Positions 1 to 10,316 of a DNA stretch of 64,000 bases are shown in pieces. The stretch comes from Candidatus Spechtbacterales bacterium. GTDB taxonomy: Bacteria > Patescibacteriota > Minisyncoccia > Spechtbacterales > 2-12-FULL-38-22. The stretch is from the NCBI GenBank assembly GCA_040879145.1, contig JBBDKX010000021.1, forward strand, positions 29,256 through 93,255, written 5' to 3'. Both the position numbers and the translations under genes were made by a program. Numbering within the stretch: position 1 is the first letter of the stretch; the number at the start of each line of letters is the position of its first letter. A model generated the notes under the pieces. That model did not search any database, was not told the DNA's origin, and worked only from the letters and a program-made list of their open reading frames with translations.

Positions 1-839
1 ATACTTGTTGGAAAAGTAGAAACACGAAAATCTATCTGCCTACCGTTAACCTTAGTGCTGAACCTTCCATCTTGAGGAATACGCGACTCGTCAAGGCGCA
101 GATTTGATAATATTTTTATTCTCGCAACTATTGAATTATGTATGGCAGACGGCAAAATCAAGCTCGGATAAAGAATACCATCAACACGAAAACGAACTTT
201 AGTCTCGGTATTCATCGCTTCTATATGAATATCGGAGGCATTACCCTCTATGGCGTGCTTTAAAATAACGGCAACTATCTTTGTGACGGGACTCTCTTTT
301 ATTTCCATCATTCTTTCCTTTATATCTGTTCCAACCTCCTTCTTTTCATCCAAGCTTTTTTCTATCTCATCCAAAGCGCTTTTTACCTCCACTTTTAATC
401 CCGAGTAAAGCGTTGCTATTTTTTTAAAATCACTTTCGCTAATTGCCACTATAGACGGCTGCAAATCACTTCTTAGCAGTATAAACCTCAACGCCTGTTG
501 GCTTTTTATGTTTGTAGGATCCACCATACCCACAGCAAGAACCTCTCCTTTCTTCTCCAATGGAACCATATGATACTGCTCTGCCGCTTCCTGTGGTACA
601 AGGCGAAGTATCTCTTTTGCCGGAGGGTTAGACTCATCATAGTTCCACGCCGGAACCTCGCCGAGCTTTGCCCTTACCTGTAATATATCTTCCTCTGACA
701 CCTTTATTTTGCGAATAAGATACTCCTCAAAACTCAGGGGCGAAGTTCCTGATTTTTCTTTTACTTCATTGAATTGAGCCTCACTGATAATTTTTTTATC
801 AGTGAGTGTCTTCAATATTTTTTCCTCAAATGGTGTCAT
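1..839 (-). CDS. pilB: Type IV pilus assembly ATPase PilB/GspE family, N-terminal part (runs off window start)
   Basis: Manual translation from ATG at 839: MTPFEEKILK...HAIEGNASDIHIE...VRFRVDGIL...ARIKILSNLRLDESRIPQDGRF; downstream of pilMNO. Confidence 0.9.
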   Translation of the reverse strand, partial: MTPFEEKILKTLTDKKIISEAQFNEVKEKSGTSPLSFEEYLIRKIKVSEEDILQVRAKLGEVPAWNYDESNPPAKEILRLVPQEAAEQYHMVPLEKKGEVLAVGMVDPTNIKSQQALRFILLRSDLQPSIVAISESDFKKIATLYSGLKVEVKSALDEIEKSLDEKKEVGTDIKERMMEIKESPVTKIVAVILKHAIEGNASDIHIEAMNTETKVRFRVDGILYPSLILPSAIHNSIVARIKILSNLRLDESRIPQDGRFSTKVNGRQIDFRVSTFPTS

Positions 840-855
840 CTATAAATGGTATTTA

Positions 856-1242
856 TTACTCGCTTAAAATTTCTTCTTCCTCTTGAGCTTCAGGTTCTAC
901 ATTAATTATTTCCTGATCTACAAATTCTGCAGGGTCAAAAGGAGAAAATGGGTTCTCTCTTCCCCATTGAGCAGGGGCTTTAATGGGTTCATAGGGTGTA
1001 AACTTCCCTAAAATGTCGCTGCCGAAAAAACCTTCAGGCAAAATAACTTCGTTCTTTATATTCTGAATTTGTCTTCTCAAAAGCTCGGAGGAGGCCTCTG
1101 AGCCTTCAAATCTTTCAGCCCCTTCTCCGCTTGCCTGTGTAGTTATAAGTAAAACAACTCCGCCTAACAAGACGGCGCCAAATATTAGCGGTATAAATTT
1201 CTTAACTTTCTTTTGGCTTTGTAATATAGATATTCCTGCCAT
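856..1242 (-). CDS. Small single-TM protein of the pil operon (PilP-like position)
   Basis: Likely start MAGISIL at 1242; one TM segment; C-terminal WGRENPFSPF motif; lies between pilO and pilB. Confidence 0.6.
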   Translation of the reverse strand: MAGISILQSQKKVKKFIPLIFGAVLLGGVVLLITTQASGEGAERFEGSEASSELLRRQIQNIKNEVILPEGFFGSDILGKFTPYEPIKAPAQWGRENPFSPFDPAEFVDQEIINVEPEAQEEEEILSE

Positions 1243-1246
1243 AATT

Positions 1247-1795
1247 TTAGTTACCCGTCTCTGTAAAATATACATTACCCAGTATCTCAACGGAAAGAAG
1301 TCCGGGATTTTCAGCTTCCTCATCATTAGAATTTATGATTACGCGCTCAACATCAAATATTCTTAAACTATTTTCCGCGCGCAAGATAAAGGCCTTTACT
1401 GAAGAATAACTGCCTTCAGCTATAACGGTAACAGATATTTTTCGCAATATCTCACCCTCTGCCACGGGGGAATTTCCAGTTCTTATATCTTCAACCGAAA
1501 GTCCATTTTCCCTTGCAATTCTATCCAAAACAACAACCGCGTTAATCTCGTCTTTAAAGGATGGCGCCGCAAGCTCTATTAACTCCCGCTCATTAGGGCC
1601 CAGTGATGAAAAAAACGAAGCAGCCCGGTGAACTTCCGCGCGCGTTTCTTCTAAAAAGGCGACGTCCTCTCTTTCAAGTTCAATAGCTTTTTTTGCCGCA
1701 TCAATACCCTGCAAAGAGGGCCACACAAAAAACCACGCAAATACAAGCGACACTACTATGGAAACAAAAAAGACTGTTGATCTTGTGTTAGTCAT
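1247..1795 (-). CDS. pilO: Type IV pilus assembly protein PilO
   Basis: N-terminal TM, coiled coil, GSYSSVKAFILRAENSLRIFDV motif; operon order. Confidence 0.8.
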   Translation of the reverse strand: MTNTRSTVFFVSIVVSLVFAWFFVWPSLQGIDAAKKAIELEREDVAFLEETRAEVHRAASFFSSLGPNERELIELAAPSFKDEINAVVVLDRIARENGLSVEDIRTGNSPVAEGEILRKISVTVIAEGSYSSVKAFILRAENSLRIFDVERVIINSNDEEAENPGLLSVEILGNVYFTETGN

Positions 1796-1796
1796 T

Positions 1797-2351
1797 TTAT
1801 TTTAAGTAATCTTCTTTAATATCAAAGTCTACACTGAATACAACAATTCCGTCCTCGTCCCTACTAAAAGAGGTGAGTTGAACATCTTTAAACATAATAG
1901 ATTCATCTTTCCATATAACAAACTGCTCTCCCAGAGATTCAAAATCAGGAGCATTCCCCGAAACAGATAACACACTGTCCGAAACAGAAAGCTCCATGCT
2001 TGTTATAAATATTTGAGAATGAATACTGCCCTCTACTGGCCGGAAAACTTTTGAACTAACAACGTGGTTGCTTATAACATTTTCAAGGGCTCGAGCCCTT
2101 GAAACAAGAGAGCCAAATTCCGGTGTTTGAGCTCTTTTTATCTCATTCTCCAAGCTTGTTTTTTGAGCCTGTAAAGAGTCATACTCAGATATTAGACCAT
2201 TAAACCAAATAGATGTTCCTATATATATGCCTATTACTATTCCCAAAACAACAAGCGCGGGGAAAAAGTCTGCCATATATGACTTTACACCCAGCAGCAC
2301 GCCAGCTATTTTCCCTTTATTCTTTTTATTTGGAATTAATGAAATTGACAT
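1797..2351 (-). CDS. pilN: Type IV pilus assembly protein PilN-like
   Basis: N-terminal ISLIP motif, TM, coiled coil, LSVSGNA; follows pilM. Confidence 0.7.
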   Translation of the reverse strand: MSISLIPNKKNKGKIAGVLLGVKSYMADFFPALVVLGIVIGIYIGTSIWFNGLISEYDSLQAQKTSLENEIKRAQTPEFGSLVSRARALENVISNHVVSSKVFRPVEGSIHSQIFITSMELSVSDSVLSVSGNAPDFESLGEQFVIWKDESIMFKDVQLTSFSRDEDGIVVFSVDFDIKEDYLK

Positions 2352-2359
2352 AATCGCGG

Positions 2360-3400
2360 TTATCTTAGCGCAAGTCCTATTGCAACAGCATATTCGGGAG
2401 AATTAACACCCAAAGTGTGCTCCAATTCAGGAGGAATAATTATTTTTTTAAAAGGGTCGCCAACCTCTACATCAACACCTAAAGAACTCTTAAGATATTC
2501 AGTTAATCCGGGCATTCTCGCCTCTCCTCCGGTTAGTATTACGCGAACAACCTTTCTTCCGCCTTCTCTCACATAATCCTCAAACATCTGTTCTACCTCA
2601 AGTATTATCTTATCCATTGAGGGTTTTAACAGTTCGGATACTTCTCCGGCAGACTCCTGCACACCGTTTCTGCGCTTAAGCTCTTCTGCCCGAATGGGAT
2701 CTATTGCCATGCCACGCGCGAGAACCTGTACAAACTTGGAAGAGCCAGTATCTATATTGTGATGCATTACAACCAGCCCTCCATCTACAACACTCACGTC
2801 TGTTGCCCTCGCGCCTATATCTAAAATTGCAACAGGATCAGGGGAAGAGTCTACAAGTGCGCGCGCGCTGCTAAATGTTTCCAACTCTACATTAACAAGC
2901 TCTATTCCAACCATTTCAGCCATCCTGTTATACTTCTCTACTATCTCATTTGGCACCGCCACAGTCAGAACCTTTATTTTTTTGGCGTTTGAAAGATGAT
3001 CTACTTTAATCCAGTCAAATTGCACCTCCCCCATTGGGAGAGGAATATACTTTCTCGCTTCAAATCGGACTGCATTTTCAAGATCTTCATCGGCCATAGC
3101 GGGTAAATCTATTAGTGTAGAAAAGCTGGAAAACACAGGTAGTGATATTGAGGCCTCTTTTCCTCTAAACTTGGCGCTATCAAAAAGCCTATTAATAATA
3201 GTGGCTACCTGCGAATCTAAAATATTATAAGAACCGGCGTGAGCCGTTATATAGTTAGCTTTTGAAAAAAATTGGGCGTAATTAATCAAATAAACATCAT
3301 TGCCTTTTTGCAATAACTCAACCATCTTTAAAGAAGATGTTCCTATGTCAATGCCGAGTTTATATTTATAAGATTTTTTACTAAGCGGATTCCATATCAT
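2360..3400 (-). CDS. pilM: Type IV pilus assembly protein PilM
   Basis: LGIDIGTSSLK, EARKYIPLP, ILDIGA, ILTGGEA, AVAIGLALR (actin-like fold). Confidence 0.95.
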   Translation of the reverse strand: MIWNPLSKKSYKYKLGIDIGTSSLKMVELLQKGNDVYLINYAQFFSKANYITAHAGSYNILDSQVATIINRLFDSAKFRGKEASISLPVFSSFSTLIDLPAMADEDLENAVRFEARKYIPLPMGEVQFDWIKVDHLSNAKKIKVLTVAVPNEIVEKYNRMAEMVGIELVNVELETFSSARALVDSSPDPVAILDIGARATDVSVVDGGLVVMHHNIDTGSSKFVQVLARGMAIDPIRAEELKRRNGVQESAGEVSELLKPSMDKIILEVEQMFEDYVREGGRKVVRVILTGGEARMPGLTEYLKSSLGVDVEVGDPFKKIIIPPELEHTLGVNSPEYAVAIGLALR

Positions 3401-3578
3401 ATTGGAGTATGTTTTTATTTACTTTTCCGTCTCTATCCTCTATTATAACAGTAATATAAAGTAAGAGCTATTGCTATTATCCACACTTAAATAAGCTAAA
3501 TGTTAGTATTTTGAACTCGTGCACACGATTGGATGCGCTTACAAGCAAGTACCTGCAAGATAAAGACGTATCATACAT

Positions 3579-6113
3579 ATGAAAAATATACCCACAAACT
3601 TAGAAAAACACCTGACAAAAAGAGCAAAAAATGCCTTGCGAAAATCTTTTAAGTTAGCCGCGCAATATCCCGATAAAACATCAAAAAACAAAGCAACACC
3701 AGCCCATCTTTTGTATGCCCTGGCGAAAGAGGAGGGTTCTATATCAAAAAACATACTTGAAGCTAATGACGTCAAAGCTACACGAATACTGACGGGGTTG
3801 AAAAAAATATCAGCTAAAAGCAGTTCAACAAACACAACGCCTGTAAGCGAGCTATCTCTTGATTATAAAAAGACCTTAAAAAAAGCGGCTAACTACGCTA
3901 TGAACCAAGGGCACTATTTTATAGGCACCGAACACCTGCTATATGGAACCCTTAACAAATCGCAGGGTGTTGAAGGATTTACACAACAAAAAATGAAAAA
4001 AGTAAAAGAGCATCTTGATGATATGATGGCAAGTTATCTTTCTCTTGAAACAGGGCTAAACCCAAACATGCAAAAACTTAGTTCTCTTGTAAGCGAGCAT
4101 GCAGACCATTCTCTTGAAGATGGCGAGTTGGAAGATGTTATTTTTTCAGATGTAAAGACAAAAACATCAAAAACCCCTGTGCTGGAATCTTTTTGTGAAA
4201 ATCTTTCCCAAAAAGCTGCAGATGGGAACTTAGACCCTTTAGTTGGAAGAGAAGCTGAACTAAACCGCCTGGTAAGAATACTTTCCAGAAAAACAAAGAA
4301 TAATCCCTTACTTGTAGGTGACGCGGGAGTTGGAAAAACAGCGCTTGTGCAGGGTCTCGCGCAAAAAATAAGCGAGGGTTATGTTCCGGCAAATCTTATA
4401 AACAAAACTGTGTATTCGTTAAACCTAAGCTCTCTTGTGGCCGGAACTCTTTATCGCGGGGAATTTGAAGAGAGGGTGCGCGACCTTCTTGAAGAAGCGG
4501 AAAAATCAAGTGTAATTCTTTTTATAGATGAGATACACATACTTCCCGGCGCGGGCTCAGCGCAGGGGTCGCTTGACGCGGCCAACATACTCAAACCGGC
4601 TTTGGTCAACGGAGCGTTTCAGTGTATAGGCGCCACAACATATGATGAGTATAAAAAAACCATAGAAAAAGATACAGCCCTGGACAGGCGTTTTCAAAAA
4701 ATATTTATTAAGGAGCAGACTCCTCAGGAGGCGATAAAAACCCTGGTGCACCTCAAGCCCTTCTATGAACAACATCACAACGTTGCTATATCCGACAAAA
4801 TTATTAACATGTGCGTTGATCTGTCTGTAAAATATATCCCCTCAAGATTCCTTCCCGACAAGGCGCTTGATATTCTTGATGAGGCTTCTTCGCTTACACG
4901 AACAGAAAAGATGATAAAAAAAGAGCATAGAGATATAAAGATACTGCAGGCAGAAATAATAGACGTAATTATGGACAAAGAAGAGGCTCTTAGAAAAGAG
5001 CATTATCAAAAGGCCATGCAACTAAAAAACAAACAGGAAGCGCTTGAGCAAAAAATATACAAGATGCACAAAGACAACCACGACCGCAATGCTTCGCCAA
5101 AAGTAACAGAAAAAGCTGTCTACGAAGTAATATCAGAGATAGCGGGGGTTCCTCTTCGTCAACTAACAAAACAGGACTCAGATGCGCTCTCCTCTATTGA
5201 AGCTCAAATTGGAAAACACCTTTTCGGACAGGATGACGCAATCAAAAAAGTTGCAAAAGCAATCCGCAGAAATCGAACAGGGGTTACCCGCGGAAATCGC
5301 CCCATAGCTTCCATGCTGTTCATGGGACCGAGCGGAGTTGGAAAAACAGAACTTGCAAAAATAATTGCCCACTCGTTTTCGGGCACAAACCCTTCCAGCG
5401 AGGGGGCTCCGGGAGCACTTATAAAACTGGATATGTCAGAATATTCAGAAGCGCATACAATATCACGCCTCATAGGCGCGCCTCCCGGATACGTAGGTTA
5501 TGAAGACGCGGGTCTTTTGACAGACAAGGTACGCAAGCATCCCTACTCAGTGGTGCTGTTTGATGAAATAGAAAAAGCACACCCAAAAATATTCAATGTA
5601 CTCTTACAGATACTGGAAGAGGGAACTCTAACTGATTCACAGGGAAAAAGCGCGAGTTTTAAAAATACATTTATAATACTCACATCCAACGTGGGGGCAA
5701 CTCTTTTCGGTAAAAATTCGGGGTTGGGATTTTCAGGAGCAGATTCCACAAATCGTGAAAAGAGCGCAATGGGAGCTCTTAAAGAGTTGATGAAACCGGA
5801 AATAATAAACCGGCTTGACGGCATAGTTGTATTCAATAATTTAGATTCCGCCACACTGGAGAAAATAGCAGAGGTACAAATTCACGAACTCAAAGAAAGA
5901 CTTAGCGACACAATTGAAATTACTTTCTCCAGTGCTGTCGCAAAATGGCTGGCACACAATACAGACGCGCAAGAAAAAGGAGCGCGTGGAATAAGAAAAG
6001 CAGTAGAAACACATTTAGAAGAGCCTATTTCAGACATCCTACTAAAAGAGAAGGTAAAAAACATAAAAATAGAAGTAAGACAAAATAAGCTTGTTGTTAA
6101 AACAAACAATTGA
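3579..6113 (+). CDS. clpC: ATP-dependent Clp protease ATP-binding subunit (ClpC-like)
   Basis: Clp N-domain; two AAA modules (GDAGVGKT, LFIDEIH; GPSGVGKT, RLIGAPPGYVGY, LFDEIEKAH). Confidence 0.92.
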   Translation: MKNIPTNLEKHLTKRAKNALRKSFKLAAQYPDKTSKNKATPAHLLYALAKEEGSISKNILEANDVKATRILTGLKKISAKSSSTNTTPVSELSLDYKKTLKKAANYAMNQGHYFIGTEHLLYGTLNKSQGVEGFTQQKMKKVKEHLDDMMASYLSLETGLNPNMQKLSSLVSEHADHSLEDGELEDVIFSDVKTKTSKTPVLESFCENLSQKAADGNLDPLVGREAELNRLVRILSRKTKNNPLLVGDAGVGKTALVQGLAQKISEGYVPANLINKTVYSLNLSSLVAGTLYRGEFEERVRDLLEEAEKSSVILFIDEIHILPGAGSAQGSLDAANILKPALVNGAFQCIGATTYDEYKKTIEKDTALDRRFQKIFIKEQTPQEAIKTLVHLKPFYEQHHNVAISDKIINMCVDLSVKYIPSRFLPDKALDILDEASSLTRTEKMIKKEHRDIKILQAEIIDVIMDKEEALRKEHYQKAMQLKNKQEALEQKIYKMHKDNHDRNASPKVTEKAVYEVISEIAGVPLRQLTKQDSDALSSIEAQIGKHLFGQDDAIKKVAKAIRRNRTGVTRGNRPIASMLFMGPSGVGKTELAKIIAHSFSGTNPSSEGAPGALIKLDMSEYSEAHTISRLIGAPPGYVGYEDAGLLTDKVRKHPYSVVLFDEIEKAHPKIFNVLLQILEEGTLTDSQGKSASFKNTFIILTSNVGATLFGKNSGLGFSGADSTNREKSAMGALKELMKPEIINRLDGIVVFNNLDSATLEKIAEVQIHELKERLSDTIEITFSSAVAKWLAHNTDAQEKGARGIRKAVETHLEEPISDILLKEKVKNIKIEVRQNKLVVKTNN

Positions 6114-6903
6114 GACATTTTTCCCAAGCCAATGTTACCATTGTAAAGCCCCCGGAAACTACCTTTGCGGGGACTGTTTTTGGGGGTTGGCCGTTATGTA
6201 CGAACCGGCATGCCCCCACTGTGAGACACGCCTTCCTTTCGGAGAACTGCCAAAAGAATGCCGGCAGGAAGTAAAGCTGCACCGCGTTTTTACCAGCGGG
6301 CTTTATTCAGACGCAACACTTAATGGTTTGATAAAAGACCTCAAATACAAAGGCGCCTGGCGCCTTGCGGAACCTCTTGCCCGCTTTGCGTATTGGCAAC
6401 TTGACCAAGGTGGCTACGCCGAAGTTATAAAAGAAAAGGTTGATATTATAATTCCCGTACCCCTTCATAAAAATAAATTAAAAAGACGCGGGTTTAACCA
6501 CACTCAAAAGATTGCGGAACATTTATCTGAATTGCTCGATATTCCCTTAGAGATTGACGCTTTAGTTAAGTCAAAAAAAACCGATTCGCAAGTTGAAACC
6601 GGCTCAAGAGAAGAGCGTGAAAAAAACCTTGCCGGCGCGTTCGCTATCACCAATACACAGGTTCAACCTGTGTATAAAACACCCCACACAGGTTCAACCT
6701 GTGTATCTCCTATTTTTAATAAAACCGTGCTTTTAGTTGACGATGTTATTACCACAGGCTCTACACTGCGCGAATGCGCTCTTGCCTTACGCTTTCCATA
6801 TAAATGCGCAAACGCGAAGCATAAAACATGCGAGCTTGGCAGTAGGTGTTATATGAAACAGTACGTGAGGGAGGTATGGGGGCTAACTGTAGCGAAGGAC
6901 TAA
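6091..6903 (+). CDS. comF: ComF family phosphoribosyltransferase-like competence protein
   Basis: N-terminal CxxC pairs, IPVPLH, RGFN, LLVDDVITTGSTL. Confidence 0.9.
   Translation: MLLKQTIETFFPSQCYHCKAPGNYLCGDCFWGLAVMYEPACPHCETRLPFGELPKECRQEVKLHRVFTSGLYSDATLNGLIKDLKYKGAWRLAEPLARFAYWQLDQGGYAEVIKEKVDIIIPVPLHKNKLKRRGFNHTQKIAEHLSELLDIPLEIDALVKSKKTDSQVETGSREEREKNLAGAFAITNTQVQPVYKTPHTGSTCVSPIFNKTVLLVDDVITTGSTLRECALALRFPYKCANAKHKTCELGSRCYMKQYVREVWGLTVAKD
6654..6704. repeat. Two ACACAGGTTCAACCTGTGT palindromes inside comF (third copy of the core at 7921-7937)
   Basis: Read directly from sequence. Confidence 0.9.
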
Positions 6904-6938
6904 ATAAAAAGACACTGAATATTCAGCGTCTTTTTATT
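6903..6938. terminator. Bidirectional intrinsic terminator
   Basis: Hairpin with A/T tails between convergent genes. Confidence 0.6.
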
Positions 6939-6953
6939 TAATCCTTACAATAT

Positions 6954-7421
6954 TTATTCTGACTCTTTCATTTCATCAACTCCTCTATTCCTTTTATTAG
7001 CCCTTTCAACCTCCTGCACTTCAGCTGCAAACGGATTCAAGCCTGTTACTTCCTCAGCTGTCGGGCTATCTTCATAATGTGAATAGGCATTAGCGGAGCC
7101 GAATTTATCCTCTGCTGTTTTGCGCGCATCAGAGACCATTTCCGGAAGGATCTTTGCCAGTCCTTCTGCTTGTTCCGGGGTCAAGTCAAAATGTGTTCGC
7201 GTGCCTTCCATAACCTTTCCATCTTCACCGATCACTCCTAAACTCACATCTAAGTGACCGTGCTTGTTGACATCAACATTAACCCTGTAGCCGTCCCTGG
7301 TTATCAACCCTGTCCTTTCGTGGTGAGCGTGAATTTCCGGCTTTATCCATCCGTTTCCAAGTTTTTCTTTAATGCTTTTTATTTTCTTCTCCCCTTGATT
7401 ATCAAATTTTTCTACAGACAT
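6954..7421 (-). CDS. Hypothetical protein
   Basis: 155 aa charged ORF with own promoter (TTGACA-18-TAGTAT). Confidence 0.75.
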   Translation of the reverse strand: MSVEKFDNQGEKKIKSIKEKLGNGWIKPEIHAHHERTGLITRDGYRVNVDVNKHGHLDVSLGVIGEDGKVMEGTRTHFDLTPEQAEGLAKILPEMVSDARKTAEDKFGSANAYSHYEDSPTAEEVTGLNPFAAEVQEVERANKRNRGVDEMKESE

Positions 7422-7548
7422 ATTTTTATAATTATTAAATTAATTATACTACCCTCATACTACCCCCCCCCTGCTGTTGATGTCAACATAAAAACACGGT
7501 TTTAACCGTGTTTTTATGTTTTAGTAAATGAGGTGAGATTCAATATTC

Positions 7549-7872
7549 TTATACATTAACCTCAAATCTCCAATCCATTGGAATTAATGTCAAATTAACC
7601 GGATGATTGAACCCGCTTTCTGTTTTCCACTTTGAAATTCCATCTCGAATATCGTTAAATAATCTGTCTCGGTCATCTGTCTTTGACGCACTCATGCGAA
7701 CAAAGACCTCAATCGGGGCAACACCGACCTTAATGCGCGCGCTATTGGCGTATACAAATACATCTTTTATTTGTGTTGCTTCTGAAACTATTTTCTGAAC
7801 CGCATTTGAAACCGCGATGATATCTTTGTCATCAAGCTTTGTGTCGTCATATTCAATGTGAATCATTGGCAT
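7549..7872 (-). CDS. Tautomerase/CHMI-like small protein
   Basis: N-terminal Met-Pro, MPMIHIEY, beta-alpha-beta repeat pattern. Confidence 0.55.
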   Translation of the reverse strand: MPMIHIEYDDTKLDDKDIIAVSNAVQKIVSEATQIKDVFVYANSARIKVGVAPIEVFVRMSASKTDDRDRLFNDIRDGISKWKTESGFNHPVNLTLIPMDWRFEVNV

Positions 7873-7943
7873 AATTGTTTTGATTATTTTATTTTATAAT
7901 TAGTCTGAATTAACACCACGCACAGGTTCAACCTGTGTACCTT

Positions 7944-8552
7944 CTATTTTTTATAAAACGTTGCGATAAAATATGGGTGAATTTTTTTAAGGCGAAGTTT
8001 AAATTGGTTCCCCTCCCTGCTTCCAAAACGATTTTCAAACAAAGCTATATATTCTTCTTCGTTAAACCAGCGTTCAATTTCATTTACTCCGTCTGAATCA
8101 AGTTTTTTAAATACCCAATCAACAATTCCACCAAACACTCCATAACGACTTTTAAGATTGAGGAATGCGGGCTCCATCACAACCACTCGTTCTTTTGCAT
8201 TTGAATACACAAGATCAAATAATTCTTTGAGCTTTTTTTCAGGAATATGATGGACAACATCTACAAGTACTACTGTATCGCTTTTTTTATATGCACCTGG
8301 ATCAAAAATATTCCCTTTCTCAACCTGCCTTCCTCTTTTTTGAGCATATATAATAAATTCTTCATTTAAATCAATTCCTGAGTAAACATTGGAGGAATCA
8401 ATATACTTCTCCATCTGTCCGAAACCACACGCTACATCAAAAACACTAACATTCTTGCCCACCTCCTCGCTAAAAATTTTTAAAACAGATTTGCGATGAA
8501 TTATCGGAATTAATATTTTATATATCCAAGGATACTTATATTGTAGCATCAT
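7944..8552 (-). CDS. Class I SAM-dependent methyltransferase
   Basis: VFDVACGFG, GIDLN, DVVHHI motifs. Confidence 0.85.
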   Translation of the reverse strand: MMLQYKYPWIYKILIPIIHRKSVLKIFSEEVGKNVSVFDVACGFGQMEKYIDSSNVYSGIDLNEEFIIYAQKRGRQVEKGNIFDPGAYKKSDTVVLVDVVHHIPEKKLKELFDLVYSNAKERVVVMEPAFLNLKSRYGVFGGIVDWVFKKLDSDGVNEIERWFNEEEYIALFENRFGSREGNQFKLRLKKIHPYFIATFYKK

Positions 8553-8618
8553 GTTTTATTATTTAAACGCTTAATAATTGCAGCTTCTGATTTGAAAATT
8601 TCTTCATTAAAATTCATA

Positions 8619-9152
8619 TCATTTGAAGAGTTCAAACATCTCAGTATCGGAGTCAATCTTTTTTGCTTTGTTATGAGCATCATCAACAGACAACTTTTTA
8701 GCAAAAAGATGATAGTAAAAATTCAAAACATAAAAAAGCGAAGCGTTGCCCATGGGATAATCTTTTGGCGCAATATAATTTTTTGCACCGGCATTGAGAA
8801 ACGCATCAGCAAAGTCTTTTATTCCTGTTTTGCAACCAGTGCTAACAACAATCTGCCCGTCAAGTTTCAAAAATTCCGAAAGATTTACTCCAGTAAGAAA
8901 CTTATCGTAGGGTTGTTGTTTCGCAATTTCTTCGCCAAGCTCGGGCAATACTATTCCCTCATCAACGCCATGACACATAAGCAGAATGTGTGGTGACAAT
9001 TTTTGCTTGCCATTCAAAATATCGACCAAATCTTGAGATTTGCCGATAAAAAAAGTTCTTGTAACAACTTGCCACCATTCTGCAGAAGCTCTCGCTGCGA
9101 GAGCTTCCAAGTCGTTGTCGATAACAATAATATCCAAAAAGTTTTTGTTCAT
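8619..9152 (-). CDS. Hypothetical protein, CHAT/caspase-like His-Cys dyad
   Basis: LMCHG ... STGCKTG ... AFLNAGAKNYIA. Confidence 0.55.
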   Translation of the reverse strand: MNKNFLDIIVIDNDLEALAARASAEWWQVVTRTFFIGKSQDLVDILNGKQKLSPHILLMCHGVDEGIVLPELGEEIAKQQPYDKFLTGVNLSEFLKLDGQIVVSTGCKTGIKDFADAFLNAGAKNYIAPKDYPMGNASLFYVLNFYYHLFAKKLSVDDAHNKAKKIDSDTEMFELFK

Positions 9153-9242
9153 AAGATTAAAAAATTTCTTTTGCCATTACAAAATATGGTTCGAGCCGAT
9201 TTGTTTTCGGGTTCTTTGGCAGAAGATTCTTTATGGAAATTA

Positions 9243-9869
9243 CTAGGCTTTCAAATGCTTTACTATTGCATTACATTGAATCTCAAAATCATTGTCCATA
9301 TTGAAAATTTGAAAATCATATTTTTTAGCTTCTTTCTCAAAGTAGCGAGAATAACCAACAACCATTTTTGCAATCAACTCATACGTACTTTCATCTTTTG
9401 TTTTTCGTATAACCCAGTCATTGGGCGTAGTTGACTTGTGAATATCTTGAATGAATTTCTGTTCGTCATATTTTATGAGGAAAACCGCCTTGACATGTTC
9501 TTTACCAAACTTTTTGAAAATACTATCCACGATCTCAGGAGTAACCTGATATCCCTCAACAATAAAATCGTCTTTATCAGTCAGATACGTTTCTGCCATC
9601 ATGCTGATAGCATCATAAGTGGTTTTCCCTTGGGTGATGTAATTCTCGATAATCTGTTCCGCCGAGTGCTCCGAGTAAAACCCATCATTACTTTCTTCAC
9701 GAAGGTAACTATGAGGAAACAATGTAGAGTGTTTTTCTTTTGGAGTGTACGCCCAAATTATATTTTGAAGCGTATCAGCTGAAATCCAAGGAATCCGAAA
9801 CTCATTAGCCAGTTTTTTCGCTAACGTTGTTTTTCCACATTTCGGAGGACCGCCTATTAGATAAATCAT
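9243..9869 (-). CDS. P-loop kinase (2-phosphoglycerate-kinase-like)
   Basis: IYLIGGPPKCGKTT Walker A, FIVEG. Confidence 0.75.
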   Translation of the reverse strand: MIYLIGGPPKCGKTTLAKKLANEFRIPWISADTLQNIIWAYTPKEKHSTLFPHSYLREESNDGFYSEHSAEQIIENYITQGKTTYDAISMMAETYLTDKDDFIVEGYQVTPEIVDSIFKKFGKEHVKAVFLIKYDEQKFIQDIHKSTTPNDWVIRKTKDESTYELIAKMVVGYSRYFEKEAKKYDFQIFNMDNDFEIQCNAIVKHLKA

Positions 9870-9938
9870 ATTTTCGAAAATGTTTTACTGAAGACCACCT
9901 CCTGCCAAGACACAACGCGCCGAGGCAACCTTATTTAG

Positions 9939-10316
9939 TTAGTCTGAATTTTTTGCTGCAATGACATCTATCTCCAATGTCGCTCCAAGCGGAAGCGATT
10001 GGACACCAACAGCTGTTCTTGCCGGAAGCGGATGTTCAAAGTAATTTCCGTAAACTTTATTTAGCGCAGATAGCTCCCTAAGATCTGTCAGGTATAAATG
10101 AACCCTGATGACATCCGCCAACGTTAGTTCTGCTTCTGCAAGTATCTTTTCAATACGGCGTACCGTAATCTCAAATTTTTCTTCAATTGAGTCGCCGATA
10201 ATATTCCATTCGTCATCGGCATGAATTTGACCAGATATAAATACAAGGCCATTGACTTCAACAGCTCCCGACAACGGGGCTCCTGATTCTTCAGATGATT
10301 GATAAACCTGTTTCAT
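9939..10316 (-). CDS. RidA/YjgF family protein
   Basis: VFISGQI, PLPARTAVGVQSLPLGATLEIDVIA. Confidence 0.9.
   Translation of the reverse strand: MKQVYQSSEESGAPLSGAVEVNGLVFISGQIHADDEWNIIGDSIEEKFEITVRRIEKILAEAELTLADVIRVHLYLTDLRELSALNKVYGNYFEHPLPARTAVGVQSLPLGATLEIDVIAAKNSD

Noticed and set aside
3539-6282. Antisense ORFs over clpC (and similar ones over other long genes)
   Set aside because: They are shadows of well-supported genes on the opposite strand.
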